Assembly (NCBI RefSeq): GCF_963506605.1
Contig: NC_083280.1
Coordinates: 27,342,001 to 27,406,000, forward strand
DNA length: 64,000 nucleotides
DNA from: Zootoca vivipara
Lineage: Eukaryota
Direction of reading: 5' to 3'
The notes under the pieces are model-generated. The model was not told where the DNA came from and ran no database searches. It was given only the letters and a program-made list of their open reading frames with translations. Every line of letters begins with the position of its first letter. Within the stretch, counting starts at the first letter, position 1. The position numbers were made by a program, and so were the translations under genes. This document shows, one piece after another, positions 10,935 through 21,893 of this stretch.

Positions 10935-13703
10935 TCTTTTTTCTTTCTATTTAGTGATCCCTTGTAGCCGAGTAAGATTGTCTTCCATAAACACGGTTTT
11001 AACAATGAGTCCGTGAGTGGCTGTGGAGGCCAATTCTGGATCCACACATCCTTCCACAGTGGGGACATTAGTTTCCAGGTGGGAGTTGATCACAGTGTGG
11101 ATTTGCCAACCATGCCTTCTTCTTAGCATGTTTCTCCCTTGCATCCTGAGATCGAGTGTCTTCAAAGCCCATGACACCTTTGGTAAAGGCTGTTCTCCAA
11201 CTGGAGTGCTCACAGGCCAGTGTTTCCCAGTTGTCAGTGTTTATACTACATTTTTTTAGATTTGCCTTGAGACAGTCTTTAAACCTCTTGTGTTGACCAC
11301 CAGCATTACGCTTTCCATTTTTAAGTTCGGAATAGAGTAGTTGCTTTGGAAGACGATCATGAGGCATCCACACAACATGACCAGTCCAACGAAGTTGATG
11401 TTGAGGAATCATTGCTTCAACACTGGTATCTTTACTTCTTCCAGTACACTGATATTAGTTCACCTGTCTTCCCAAGTGATGTGTAAACTTTTTCAGAGAC
11501 ATCATTGATGGAATCTTTCGAGGAGTTAGAGATGGTGTTTATAAGTGGTCCATGTTTCACAAGCATATAGTAAAGATGGTAGTACAATAGCTCTGTGAAC
11601 AAGTATTTTGGTTTCCCTGCGAATGTCCCGGTCCACAAACACTCTGCACTTCAATTGGGAGAAAGCCACACTCGCAGAGCTCAGGCGATGCTGGACTTTT
11701 GCATCAATGTTGGCCTTTGTGGAAAGGTAACTGCCTAGGGAGGAGAAGTGATCGACATTTTCCAATGTTACAACACTGAGTTGAATTTGTGGTGCTGCAG
11801 AGGGGTTATTATGTACTTGTTGTTGCAGCACTTTGGTTTTTTGGATGTTGAGTGATAGGCCAAGCTTTTTGTAAGCTTCTGTAAATATATTTAGGATGGT
11901 TTGGAGGTCATCCTCTGAGCGTGCACACACTACGTTGTCATCAGTATACTGAAGCTCTATGATGGAAGTTATGGTAACCTTACTTTTTGCTTTCAGCCTG
12001 CTCTGATTGAATAGCTTTCCATCTGTTCGATATATGATTTCTACTCCGGTGGGGACCTTCCCGTTGACAAAGTGTAGGATCATGGCAATGAAAATAATGA
12101 ATAGAGTTGGGGCAATATCACAACCCTGTTTAACACCTGATCCCACTGTGAATGGGATCTCACTTTGAGAGCCATTGTTATCTGCCATTGTTGCTGTCAT
12201 ATTATCATAGAGGAGCCGAATGATGTTTACAAATTTATCTGGGCAGCCAATTTTCAGAAGGACAGTCCACAGGGCATTACAATTTACAGTGTCAAAAGCC
12301 TTAGTCAGGTCAATAAACAGGGGTTGGTTTTGCTCTCTGCATTTTTCTTGAAGCTGTCGAGTGGTGAAAATCATGTCCACTGTCCCCCTAGAAGGCCGAA
12401 AACCATTTTGGGATTCAGGAAGGGTCACCTCATATATTGTTACGAGACTGTTTAATTTTGCCAGCCGCAGCTAATAGAGAGTTGCCTCAATAGTTTCCAC
12501 AATCAGTTCTGTCACCTTTTTTAAAGAGATTGATAATTTTGTCATCCCTAAAGTCTGCTGGGATTTCTTCTTTTTCCAGATTTTTTTTTGATGAGCTTGT
12601 GAAGTTGTTATGTAAGTTCAATTCCGCTCACTTTGAAGATTTTGGCAGGTCCACTGGCTTTGTTGTTTTTCATTTGGTTAATAGCTGTACACAACTCTCC
12701 CAGATTTGGAGATACTGTAAGCTCATCTCTAACTTGTTTTTGCAGAATTTGTGAGAGGACCTCAGCAGCTACGGGGGAGTTGCAGTTAAGGAGATGTTGG
12801 TAATGTTCTTTCCAGCGCAGTGCAATAGCTTCTTTATCTTTTAGACATGTGATACCATCTGCTGAGCATAGGGGGCATATGCCATGATTTATTGGCCCAT
12901 AGATGGTCTTTGTGGCTTTAAAGAAACTCTGTGCATCATGAGTGTCCGCTAAGTGCTGGATCTCTTGAGGTTTTTTTTTATCCACCAGGTGTTTTTCAGT
13001 TCTCTGGTTCTTCTTTGACCCTCAGCCTTAGCGTTGGCATAGGTTTTTTTCTTAGTGGCACAGTTTCTATCTCTTTGCCAGATCTGAAAGGCCTTCCTTT
13101 TCTTGTCAATCATGCATTCAATCTCACTGTCATTCTCATCAAACCAGTCCTGGTGTTTCTTGGTTTGGTATCCAATAGTTTGTTCACAGGCTGCAATAAT
13201 GGATGTTTTTAGCTTGGTCCAGTGTTCCCCGATGTTATCAGGGAATTCTGAAAGCAGATGATCCTTAAGAGTCATTTGGAAGCAATCCTGCTTAATGGAA
13301 TCTTGAAGGGCTTGAGTGTTCATTTTGCACCTTGGTTTCCTTCCTTGAAGCCTGCATTGAGGTATAATCTTGATAGCCATCATGGAGCGTATTAGTCGGT
13401 GATCTGTCCAGCAGTCATCAGCGCTCGTCATAGCTCTGGTAAGGAGCACATCACGGTGATCTTTAGCACAGACATAGTCTAAGAGGTGCCAGTGGTTTGA
13501 CCGAGGGTGCCTCCATGAAGTTTTAAATTTATTTTTCTGTCGAAAGAGTGTGTTGGTAATAACAAGGTTGTGCGCTGCATGTATTGTCAAAAGTAAGATT
13601 CCGTTCTGGTTGGTGTTGCCAACTCCTTCTTTCCCAATAGTCCCAGGCCACAGATCGAGATCTCACCCAACTCTTGCATTAAAATCACCCAGCAGGATAA
13701 TTG
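10935..13703 (-). mobile_element. RTE-clade LINE, 5'-truncated and disrupted (endonuclease-RT-C-terminus)
   Basis: ILLGDFNARVG and WHLLDY endonuclease motifs; QNGFRPSR, FIDLTKAFDTV, GVKQGC and LQYTDD RT motifs; QLRWTGHV..M...RLPKQLLYSEL. Contains frameshifts and stops. Confidence 0.95.
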
Positions 13704-14594
13704 TAGCAAGGGTCCGTGAACTATAATTGCTCATTAAATGGTATGATTCATTGAATGGCCAATCATACACAAATAGACCAGCAAGGGTTGGTTGGTTTGC
13801 TTATATATATATTGAGTCACTTAACTGAGCTACTGTGCTCCAACCCAGTGACTAATCAAATTTTACCAAAGAAAACTACCTTGAAGTGGTTCTTGTAAAT
13901 GAAGCCCCAAGTGCAACTGTGTTCTTGTGTTCCCATTGAATGCTAAATCTGCAATTATATCCTGATTTATTGCTTTGCTGTTCTTTTGCTCCGTGCTATT
14001 TTGTTTCCTTCTCTAGAATGTTTTTTGAAGAATGGTTTGTGTATCCATTCAGGAAGCTCTCTCCTCCTAGGTAACCAGTTTGAAATTTGTGTCCTGAAAC
14101 ACAAGGTCCTATCCCTAAAGAAAGGGCTTTTTTCAAAACACTGCATTGCCATGTTCCTTTTGAATGCTGGGAGGAGATAACTCCCTGCATGTTTAGTCAG
14201 AAACTTAGTCAGTTTGCTTATTGTTTACTTAAAATCCTAAATGTTGGTTTTAGTATGGCCCATTTGCCTGTACCCAATATGTGTTTATGGACCCTTGCGG
14301 ATGCCTTTGTTATGAAACTTGCAGTGTTTCGATGTTAAGCCACAGGAAACTTAGAATAGTGGATCTTGTGATTGCATAATCAATTCCATTCTTTTAATGT
14401 GGATGGATTTTCCAGTAATAATAAACCTCAAAATCCATATGGTGGAGCAGGGGAGAGAAATGTGATGAAGTTATGATCCCTCAGTCTGTTGTACGCAGGT
14501 GGTGGCAGCAAAAATAGAGGATTAGGGCAGGTACTCCAGAGTTACAAACCTACAATACAGGGTTGAGGTGAACCATGGAACTGCAGGGGTCATA

Positions 14595-14900
14595 GCAGAT
14601 AGCTCTGTGGGGAGCTGGCTTCAGGCCCCAGGCCCATTGGCAGACCAACTAGTCCTCTGCATTGCAGAGATGTCTGCAAAAATGACATGAATGCTGGCAG
14701 CATCAACCCCACCATGTGGGAATGTCTTGCACAGGGAGCACAGAGAGAAGAAACATCATGGTGCATCTGCAGCAACACAACCGGACACCTTTATTTGCCC
14801 GAACTGCAACAAAACATGTCTCTCCATGTATTCCAACCATTTGACTTCCCCTCCAAAGTTGCACTCCACCATTGTTCCTGAGACAGATGGATGCCAACGG
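14595..14900 (+). mobile_element. RTE LINE 3' fragment
   Basis: ELASGPRPIGRP...DVCKNDM...WE and FICPNCNKTC zinc-knuckle remnants. Confidence 0.75.
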
Positions 14901-14924
14901 GCAGCAGATAGCTGAATGAAGAAG

Positions 14925-15718
14925 TCAACCCAGTGGATAGCAGATGTGAAAAAGATGAACTCCATGTTAAGGATCATTAGGAAAGGGGTTGAAAATAAAA
15001 CTCCCAGTGATCATTGTGCCTTTACAAAAATCTATGTACCCTTGGGAAATAGCTAATGTTAGTACTACTCAAAGTAGACCCACTGAAATGGAGAAATATG
15101 ACTAACTTAAGCCTACTAATTTCAATGGGTCTGCTCTGAATAAGACTTAGTTCAGGCATCCCCAAACTGTGGCCCTCCAGATGTTTTGGCCTACAACTCC
15201 CATGATCCCTAGCTAACAGGAGCAGTGGTCAGGGAAGATGGGAATTGTAGTCCAAAACACCTGGAGGGACGAAGTTTGGGGATGCTTGACTTAGTTGATG
15301 ATAGCCCATAGAATGCCACACATAAATTGTGGTTGCCACAATGCAAAAAGGACAATGAAAATGATCAAGGGGCTGGAGCAAATCCTCTATGGTAAAAGGT
15401 TACAATGGGTGAGAGGTAGTTTAGAAATAAAAAACATGAGTAAGTGAGGACATGATAAAGGGAATACCTGATAGAACTAGAGTTCATCCAAGAAAAATGA
15501 AAACTGGGAGATTCAAGGCGGACAGAAGGAGGTCCTTCACTAATGAATTGGTAAATTATGAAATTCCCTACCCCAGTATATAGTGATGGTCACCCATTTG
15601 GACAGCTTGAAAAGGAAATTAGACAAATTCATGGAGCATAAGGCAATCATTGGCTACTAGTCATGCTGGCTATGTTACCTCCAGTATCAGAGGCAATATG
15701 CCCCTGAATCCCAGCTGT
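14925..15718 (+). mobile_element. old CR1 LINE 3' part, interrupted by MITEs
   Basis: aactccatgttaaggatcattaggaaaggggttgaaaataaaac, atgatcaaggggctggagca, and the ttagacaaattcatggag...ggctactag 3' end. Confidence 0.75.
15153..15288. mobile_element. palindromic hAT MITE (caggcatccccaaact family)
   Basis: Long TIRs; perfect TSD acttagtt. Confidence 0.9.
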
Positions 15719-15723
15719 TCCAT

Positions 15724-16490
15724 TGTGTGGCAATAGCCCTCCTTCCCATGTAATAAAGACTCATGACACAGTGATTAAGATTTAATTGGGTGGTTAAGGC
15801 CACAACTTTATTAATTATGCATGTTGAGCGGAATTGGCTTAGGCGTTGGAACCTAACAGACTATATCCGACTCCAACCCGTGTGTTGAAGTCTGTGAGAA
15901 GTTAACCACCAGAAAGGAGCCCCGCGACGTAGATCTACTAGAGCTCCTCCTGTGGCCACCGAAGGGCGTGCCTTACGGCCCAGGCAACTCCAGGCTCAGG
16001 ACCAAGCCTCGCCCCCGGAATCCTTTAACGGAATTACTTCTCCAAATTTGGGCAGCTGATGACGTAGCCTGCCCCTCCTCCATCTAATTGTTATGCAAAT
16101 TTCCAACGCCTAACCGCCTAACCTAAGTTGTGACGACATGCTACGAGGTAGGCGAAAAACCCATCATGGCTAGCCCAGTATGGGAAAAATCCTACCCAGC
16201 CCCCTGGCCAACCAGGGCGACCAACTGACGTCCACAGCAGCGTCCCCTTACCTCTTTTTAAGGGGTGGGCGGGCGGGTGAATTGTTCGCTCCGGCGAAGA
16301 GGGACGAAAGAGGGAGCTTTCCCCGCCTGCAGAGTGCTTAAAGTTGGTGGCCCCGCCCCGACCGACCTCATTGGCTGGTCGGGGGGTGACGCAGGCGGGA
16401 ACCTACCATTGCGTAGGGGCTGAGCTTGCAGCCCCTACGCGATGGTACAGTCGGGCAGCCCACAACCCCACCTCCGTCGCAGGCGCGGAA
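15724..16490 (-). mobile_element. solo LTR (LTR-B) with structured R region; right end approximate
   Basis: TGTGTG left end. On the minus strand: CCAAT (~16370), GC box (~16351), TTTAAG (~16340), AATAAA (15807-15812). CpG-rich, suggesting a young insertion; homologous blocks to LTR-A. Confidence 0.78.
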
Positions 16491-17294
16491 GTGGCTTTCT
16501 TATGTTCTTAGTTTTTTCCCCATTTAAATAGAACTGAATATCAGCCAGAGTGCTGCACCTGAAGGAGGGGGAAATGCAACCAGTCTCCATAGCTCTGTCA
16601 AGTATAGAGCAGTGCTGCAATAGTTATGTAGACAACTTTTCCCTGCTTGCCATTTGGATGGTTGCCTTTGGACAGCTCCTACCTTCCTCAGTTGTTACTC
16701 CGTACAACTAAGAAATGCTGTGGTACACCTGCATGAGCCTCCATCTGTCCCTGAGGCAACAAAATGTGTCTCTTCCATATCGGTCTTTACAGCCACAGCA
16801 AGCACTGTAACTCTCCAAGAGTTTGACTTCACCCCTGAAGGCACACTCTCCCATTGTCTCCCGTGACAGACAGATGCAAAAAATAATTTTTGTGAGAGGG
16901 ATAAACCAATTGTGTCAATAACAAGAGGCAACATAATGGTTTCGTTTATTAAAACAATAAAAACAGGCCACCAGGAGTGGAGCTCCAAAGCAGGCAAAAT
17001 AATGAGTTAACTACACAACAAAGAGGTTGATAAAATCAGAAGTACCCAGCCAGCACCAGAGAATTGGATCCACTGGAAGCCAAAGCTCATCAGGAGTAAG
17101 AGTAGACTTACAGAAGACAGAGTTTCTGCACAAAAGCAAAAGATGTGATGCTGAAAGGCTATGTCTCCTTGGGGTGCAACAAGACAAATAATATTTCCCT
17201 CAGCACTGTTTTGAAAAAACTGCACAATATCGGAAGGTAACTAACCTATTCCCATTATATGCACATATCGTATCAGGGCTACAATAGCTACAAT

Positions 17295-17465
17295 AGACCA
17301 TCGCTCAATGGTAGAGCACGTGCTTTGCATCAGAAGATCCCAGCTTTAATCCCTGGCATCTTCTGTTAAAAGGACCAGGCAACATGTGAAGGGAAAGATC
17401 TCTGCAGGTGATGCTGGAAAACCGCTACAAGTTAGCGGAGACAATCATGGGGCTAGATGGACTTG
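17295..17465 (+). mobile_element. tRNA-derived SINE (Squam3-like)
   Basis: gctcaatggtagagcacgtgctttgca...atccctggcatct...gggctagatggac. Confidence 0.75.
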
Positions 17466-17535
17466 CTATCAGACAGCCTCTTGCATTCTATCAACCCAAA
17501 TATGAAAACACACATTGCAAACCTGCACTCTGAAA

Positions 17536-17665
17536 TCTTCCTTCCACATACTGGTGTGCTCCAGATGTTTTTGGACTACAATTCCTATCATCGCTTTGCA
17601 AGCCAGGGCTAATGGGAACTGTAGTCCTTAAACGTCTACAGGTCACCAGGTTGAGGAAGGCTGCC
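17536..17665. mobile_element. degenerate palindromic hAT MITE
   Basis: ctccagatgtttttggactacaattcc...gggaactgtagtcc...ggttgaggaaggctg. Confidence 0.65.
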
Positions 17666-19599
17666 CTAAATTACAGCATTTTAAGATTAACCCCAAACCC
17701 TCTGGCAACTGGTTTACATGGCCTTAAGTGATGAAGAGCCAGTACACAACAGAAAGCACCTCTCTCCGGGTAAAACTGCCCACCACAAAGGTCTGCAAAT
17801 TAACTCTGACTTGGGCATCCTGTACAAACAGAAGATTAGGTTGTTGGGTCCCAGTCAACCTGTAACAAACCTCCTAGGGCCATTTGTTTATTAAAAGAGT
17901 TTCGTAATACAGAGTTTTAAAGGGAACATTGTTTTTCCCCCTTGTACTTCAAGGACATTGTGTTTCTCATACCATGAAATTAGAATAAATGAATGTTTCC
18001 AGAATGTAAGGCATGATTCACCTACAGTTAAGAACTATTATGTTCCCCCCGATTCCAGCAGAATAATGTTAAGCAAGGGGCCTTTGCTTAGCTTTGGCTG
18101 AATCATGCCCTTAATGCAAAACAGTGGCCAAAGACATGTTTGTGCGTATTGAAGGTTCTTCCAGACATTATGGAGTCATTGGCAATTTCCACTTCCAGCT
18201 GCAGCCCTTAATATTCCATCCAAAGCTGCTCTTGACGATGGTCCTCTTGACCTTCAGGAAAATATTTATATAGAAGTGTGTGGTGGGCAGGGGGACCTGA
18301 AAAATCCCAGCATGCACATACACTGGTAACTGTTGCCTATTGGGACTTGGGCAGAAGACAGGGAGAGTCAGCAGGTGGAGTCAGAGCCAATGACAGGCAA
18401 AGCACCCCCTACTGTTTGTTTGTTTGTTTGTAAGCAATGCAGGCAAATGGTAGCCAGCTTGAGGGCATCTGAGATTGGTGGGGCAGTGCCCCATTTGCCT
18501 TCATAAATCAGCCTCCTCTGTGCACATGGCCCTTTGGATCATGGCCAGTGGCAAAAAGTTGAACCTTTTAAGTGAGACGAAAGATCCTTCATCGCTGGTC
18601 AACATGAGAGTAGTGTTGTTCTTACTACAAAACCATTGGATGCTATTACTACAAGACCATTATTTAGCTTCAATGCCTTTTTTATTTTCCTATCCTTTTT
18701 TTCCTTGCAAAAGAATGTGATCAAATGTAAAAAGAGAGAAGGGTTCTTAAATGCCGCAAATAAATAGCGGGTGACTAGTTTCTCCTGATACAGGGAAATA
18801 GCACCCTGGGAAAGTGTCAAAGGATACATCAGTTACAAATCATCTTGGCAGGGATCATTCTCGACAGATATGACGATCATATAATTGCTCAAGATGAGCA
18901 GATTTCTTTCATCCCAATAAATCACTTTTGGATGAAAAGATTGGAACGACAGGTGCAAAACAATAGCATAAGCCTGTTTCTGGCGTATTTACATAATTTC
19001 ATACAAAGGAGCACCGAAGTGTGAAGTGTAAAACAAATGTGTTGAATTCTGAGAAAGGGCAGGAAACAGCTTCACACTCACTCCCCTGCTGTAAAGTTAG
19101 TTAACATTTCGTGAAATATGTTTGGCTTGTGACAAGGGAAGGGGTGTGAAGGTTTTATTTGGAAAATGCTGAGTGGGCACTTCGAAGGAAGCCAAGTATA
19201 TATGACAATTACTAGCCATTTGCTTCTTTTATGCAAAGTGCTCCATGCAGCTGCATCTTGAATAGTTTTCGCCTGCAATTGTCTGCCGGGGCACCTTTTC
19301 AGGGCAACGCAGATGTTAGATGAAAATGATACACCCAGATAGCTTGCTGTACACATCCCCTGACTAGATCCCCTCCGGTTTTCCAATCACATTTCTTCTT
19401 CAGAGTTCTGGGCTTGACAAGTTCCCAGCATCGCTTGGTATTCCAGGCATGTTGATGGTGGCATGTTAGGTTTAGATAAACAAGCTAAAGCTGAAACGTG
19501 TGCATATTCACCACTCAGCAACTACAGCATCGAGAGGAAGTTTGTGTATTGCAGGTGCCCTTGACAACTGCAGTTCAGCAGGCAGCCATAGCTAAAGAC

Positions 19600-20225
19600 C
19601 CAGGGTAGTGGTTAGAGTGTTGGACTAGGGCCTGGGAGACAAGAGTTCAAATCCTCAGAAAGCTCACTTGGCGGCCTTGGGCTAGTCCCAGTCTCTCACA
19701 GGGTTGATTGTGATGATAAAATGGGGAGGGGGGAAGCCATCTATGCCACTGTGCAGGGGCGCTGCAATAGGGGGCGGGGGCGGGACGCCCCGGGCTCCAC
19801 TCTGCAGGGGCAGCGCGGCACCCCCTCGCCACCTCCACCAATGGCTGCCGCTACTGTGGCGGCGGCGCGACCGCCATCACGGAGGCCCCGATGTTGCTGG
19901 CCTTGCCCCTTGCTTCTTCCTGGTGGGATGGGCCAGAGAGCAGGGTCAGCGGCGGCCGCTGACGCCCCTCGCCGCTCCACCTCCGGCTGAGTAGGAAGAA
20001 GCACAACACGCGCTATGGATTGGCTTGCCGCACGCTTTGTGCTTCTTCCTGCTCAGGCGGAGTGGCGAGGGATATCAGCGAGCTACGGAGCGGGTTGCCG
20101 GTGGTGCCGCTCTAGCATCAGGATCCTCGGATCCGGGCGCTGGAGCACCGCCCCCCGGCAACCCACTCGACGCCGCTGCCACTGCGAGCTCATTGGAGGA
20201 AAGATAGGGTCTAAATGTAATAATA
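19600..20225 (+). mobile_element. MIR/CORE-like tRNA SINE split by a hAT insertion
   Basis: gtagtggttagagtgttggactag...gagttcaaatcc...cacagggttgattgtgatgataaaatg; continues after 20186. Confidence 0.7.
19754..20178. mobile_element. GC-rich hAT element with internal hairpins
   Basis: Ends caggggcg/cgccgctg; TSD ccactgtg/ccactgcg. Confidence 0.82.
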
Positions 20226-20234
20226 TAAAACATA

Positions 20235-20447
20235 TAGGTAAAAAAGGAAGCCAGAGCACACAGAAACAGCATTTACCTTCCCGCCACAGTGGTAGCTATT
20301 TATTTACTTACACTGGCATGCTTTCAAACTGCTAGGTTGGGAGGAGCGGGGATAGAGCAACGGGACCTCACTCTGTCACAGGGATTTGAACCGCCGATCT
20401 TCCAGTCAGCAAGCCCAAGAGGCTCAGTGGTTTAGACCCACGTCTCA
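20235..20447 (-). mobile_element. Sauria SINE, internally deleted
   Basis: atttaccttccc...aactgctaggttgg...gcaagcccaagaggctcagtggtttaga. Confidence 0.85.
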
Positions 20448-20479
20448 TATATCATATATTATATGTATGTAATAAGTCA

Positions 20480-20665
20480 GTATTCCCTGTGAAGTGGTAT
20501 TGACTATTAAACCACTCTGGAAATTGTAGCTCTGTGAAAGCAATAGGGATCACCTAACAACTTTCAGCTCCCTTGACAAACTAGAGATTCCAGATTTCTT
20601 TGGGGGAAGCCATGAGTGTCTAAAGTGGTATCATTGTGCATTAAATGTATGGTGTGAATGTGGCC
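20480..20665. mobile_element. PIF/Harbinger-like MITE fragment
   Basis: Ends aaatgtatggtgtgaatgtggcc; internal tggaaattgtagc/aaactagagattcca palindrome. Confidence 0.45.
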
Positions 20666-21134
20666 AAGGTCATGCCATAGAGACATTCCAAATGTAGCAT
20701 TGTGAAGTAACACTGAGAGCTTGGTTGCAGCTCTGCCTTCCCTTGTAGTGGAGTATTTGGAAGGCAATAGTTCTCTATAATAGGGATGATTATCAGTAAT
20801 GAGTATCTTTAAGGTGTCATCTGTTCACAGATAATGTATTTTCATCATTCATATTTTAACAGCTATACTTATAAAGATTAGCAGTGGAATTTTGTTTATT
20901 GAAAAAGGCAGTTTCTTGCATGGCATGCTGAATATTAACTCTGTGTATGAGAACAATGAAGGTGAGAAATGTGAAATTGCATTACGTGTGAAAGTGAAGC
21001 AAAACTCCTCGTTGTCCATGTTTGTTTGTTTATTTTTGTTGATGATGACAACTCCCTGTTTTTGTTTATTATAACACTAGTTGCAGTGATTGTAGTGCTT
21101 CATAGTTTCACATATGCATAAGGAGGGAACTTGC

Positions 21135-21152
21135 CCTTAACATCTTTCACAG
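21135..21152 (+). promoter_or_regulatory. U12-type (minor spliceosome) branch point and 3' splice site of the SLC9A9 intron
   Basis: CCTTAAC at 21135-21141, with the branch A about 12 nt before the end of AG and no long polypyrimidine tract. Confidence 0.8.
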
Positions 21153-21258
21153 ATATTTGAAGCCAATTCTCACCCATTCCGGCCCACCACTTACTACAAC
21201 TTTACCAGAATGGTGTAATCCTGTGGCCAGATTGCTGACTAGCCCTAAAGCATACGGA
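21153..21258 (+). CDS. SLC9A9: SLC9A9 (NHE9, endosomal Na+/H+ exchanger) penultimate coding exon
   Basis: Reads (x)[35 protein letters not shown], matching the recalled NHE9 tail [35 protein letters not shown]. Acceptor cacag| at 21152, donor |gtaagt at 21259; 106 nt, phase 2 in and phase 0 out. Confidence 0.95.
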
Positions 21259-21312
21259 GTAAGTAGCAAAAGTGCATGTCCACGTTTCATTATTTTGGGT
21301 AGGCCTCTAAAG

Positions 21313-21518
21313 CAGAGCTTTCCAAACTGTGTGTCATGACACATTAGTGTGTTGGCTGCATTGTGTAGGTGTGTCACATGAAAGATCCCCATGCTCCTCC
21401 TGAGTCTGGAAAGGGGTTAGTTTAACCTCTGTTTTGCTAGTAAAACTGAATTACTGTATCGCAAAATGATGCATGTTTAAAAAGTGTGTCACCAACATGA
21501 AAGATTCGGAAAGCTGTG
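21313..21518. mobile_element. hAT MITE in the last SLC9A9 intron
   Basis: TIR cagagctttccaaact/attcggaaagctgtg; TSD ctctaaag/ctccaaaa; repeated tgtgtc/gacaca subterminal motifs. Confidence 0.78.
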
Positions 21519-21893
21519 CTCCAAAAGCTAATAGAATGTTTCTCCAGAGGGTTGGGGAGAATGTAGAAGGTAACATGGATGTCTGAAGGCCGAGGGGGAG
21601 CCAAATATTGCTTCAATCCATGTTCCACTCATGGTAAGTTCCACCAGATCAAAGGTCCTTCCATCACTGGAGGCACAACAATTGGACCCAACCATTAATT
21701 TTTTTAAAAAACCCTCCATTTTCTGCCAATGCATTGCCATCTAATATGAGTAAATATAAAGGAAACCAGTACAGCATTTAATTCAAATCAAGTCTGTCAG
21801 ATTTTAATGGAACTGCAAAGCCACCTTGTAAGATTTTATTCTGTCAGTGAAAAACATTTATATATTTTTTTCCCTTTCTTAAAAAACACCTAG

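Noticed and set aside
11526-12428. Active reverse transcriptase gene
   Set aside because: Part of a 5'-truncated RTE with frameshifts and stops, and YTDD in place of YADD.
16050-16080. Hammerhead ribozyme (CTGATGA present)
   Set aside because: There is no stem II followed by GAAA and no matching cleavage triplet arrangement.
20908-20961. Possible exon ending GAAG|gtgaga (SFLHGMLNINSVYENNE)
   Set aside because: Weak acceptor, phase incompatible with the following exon, and no NHE9 similarity.
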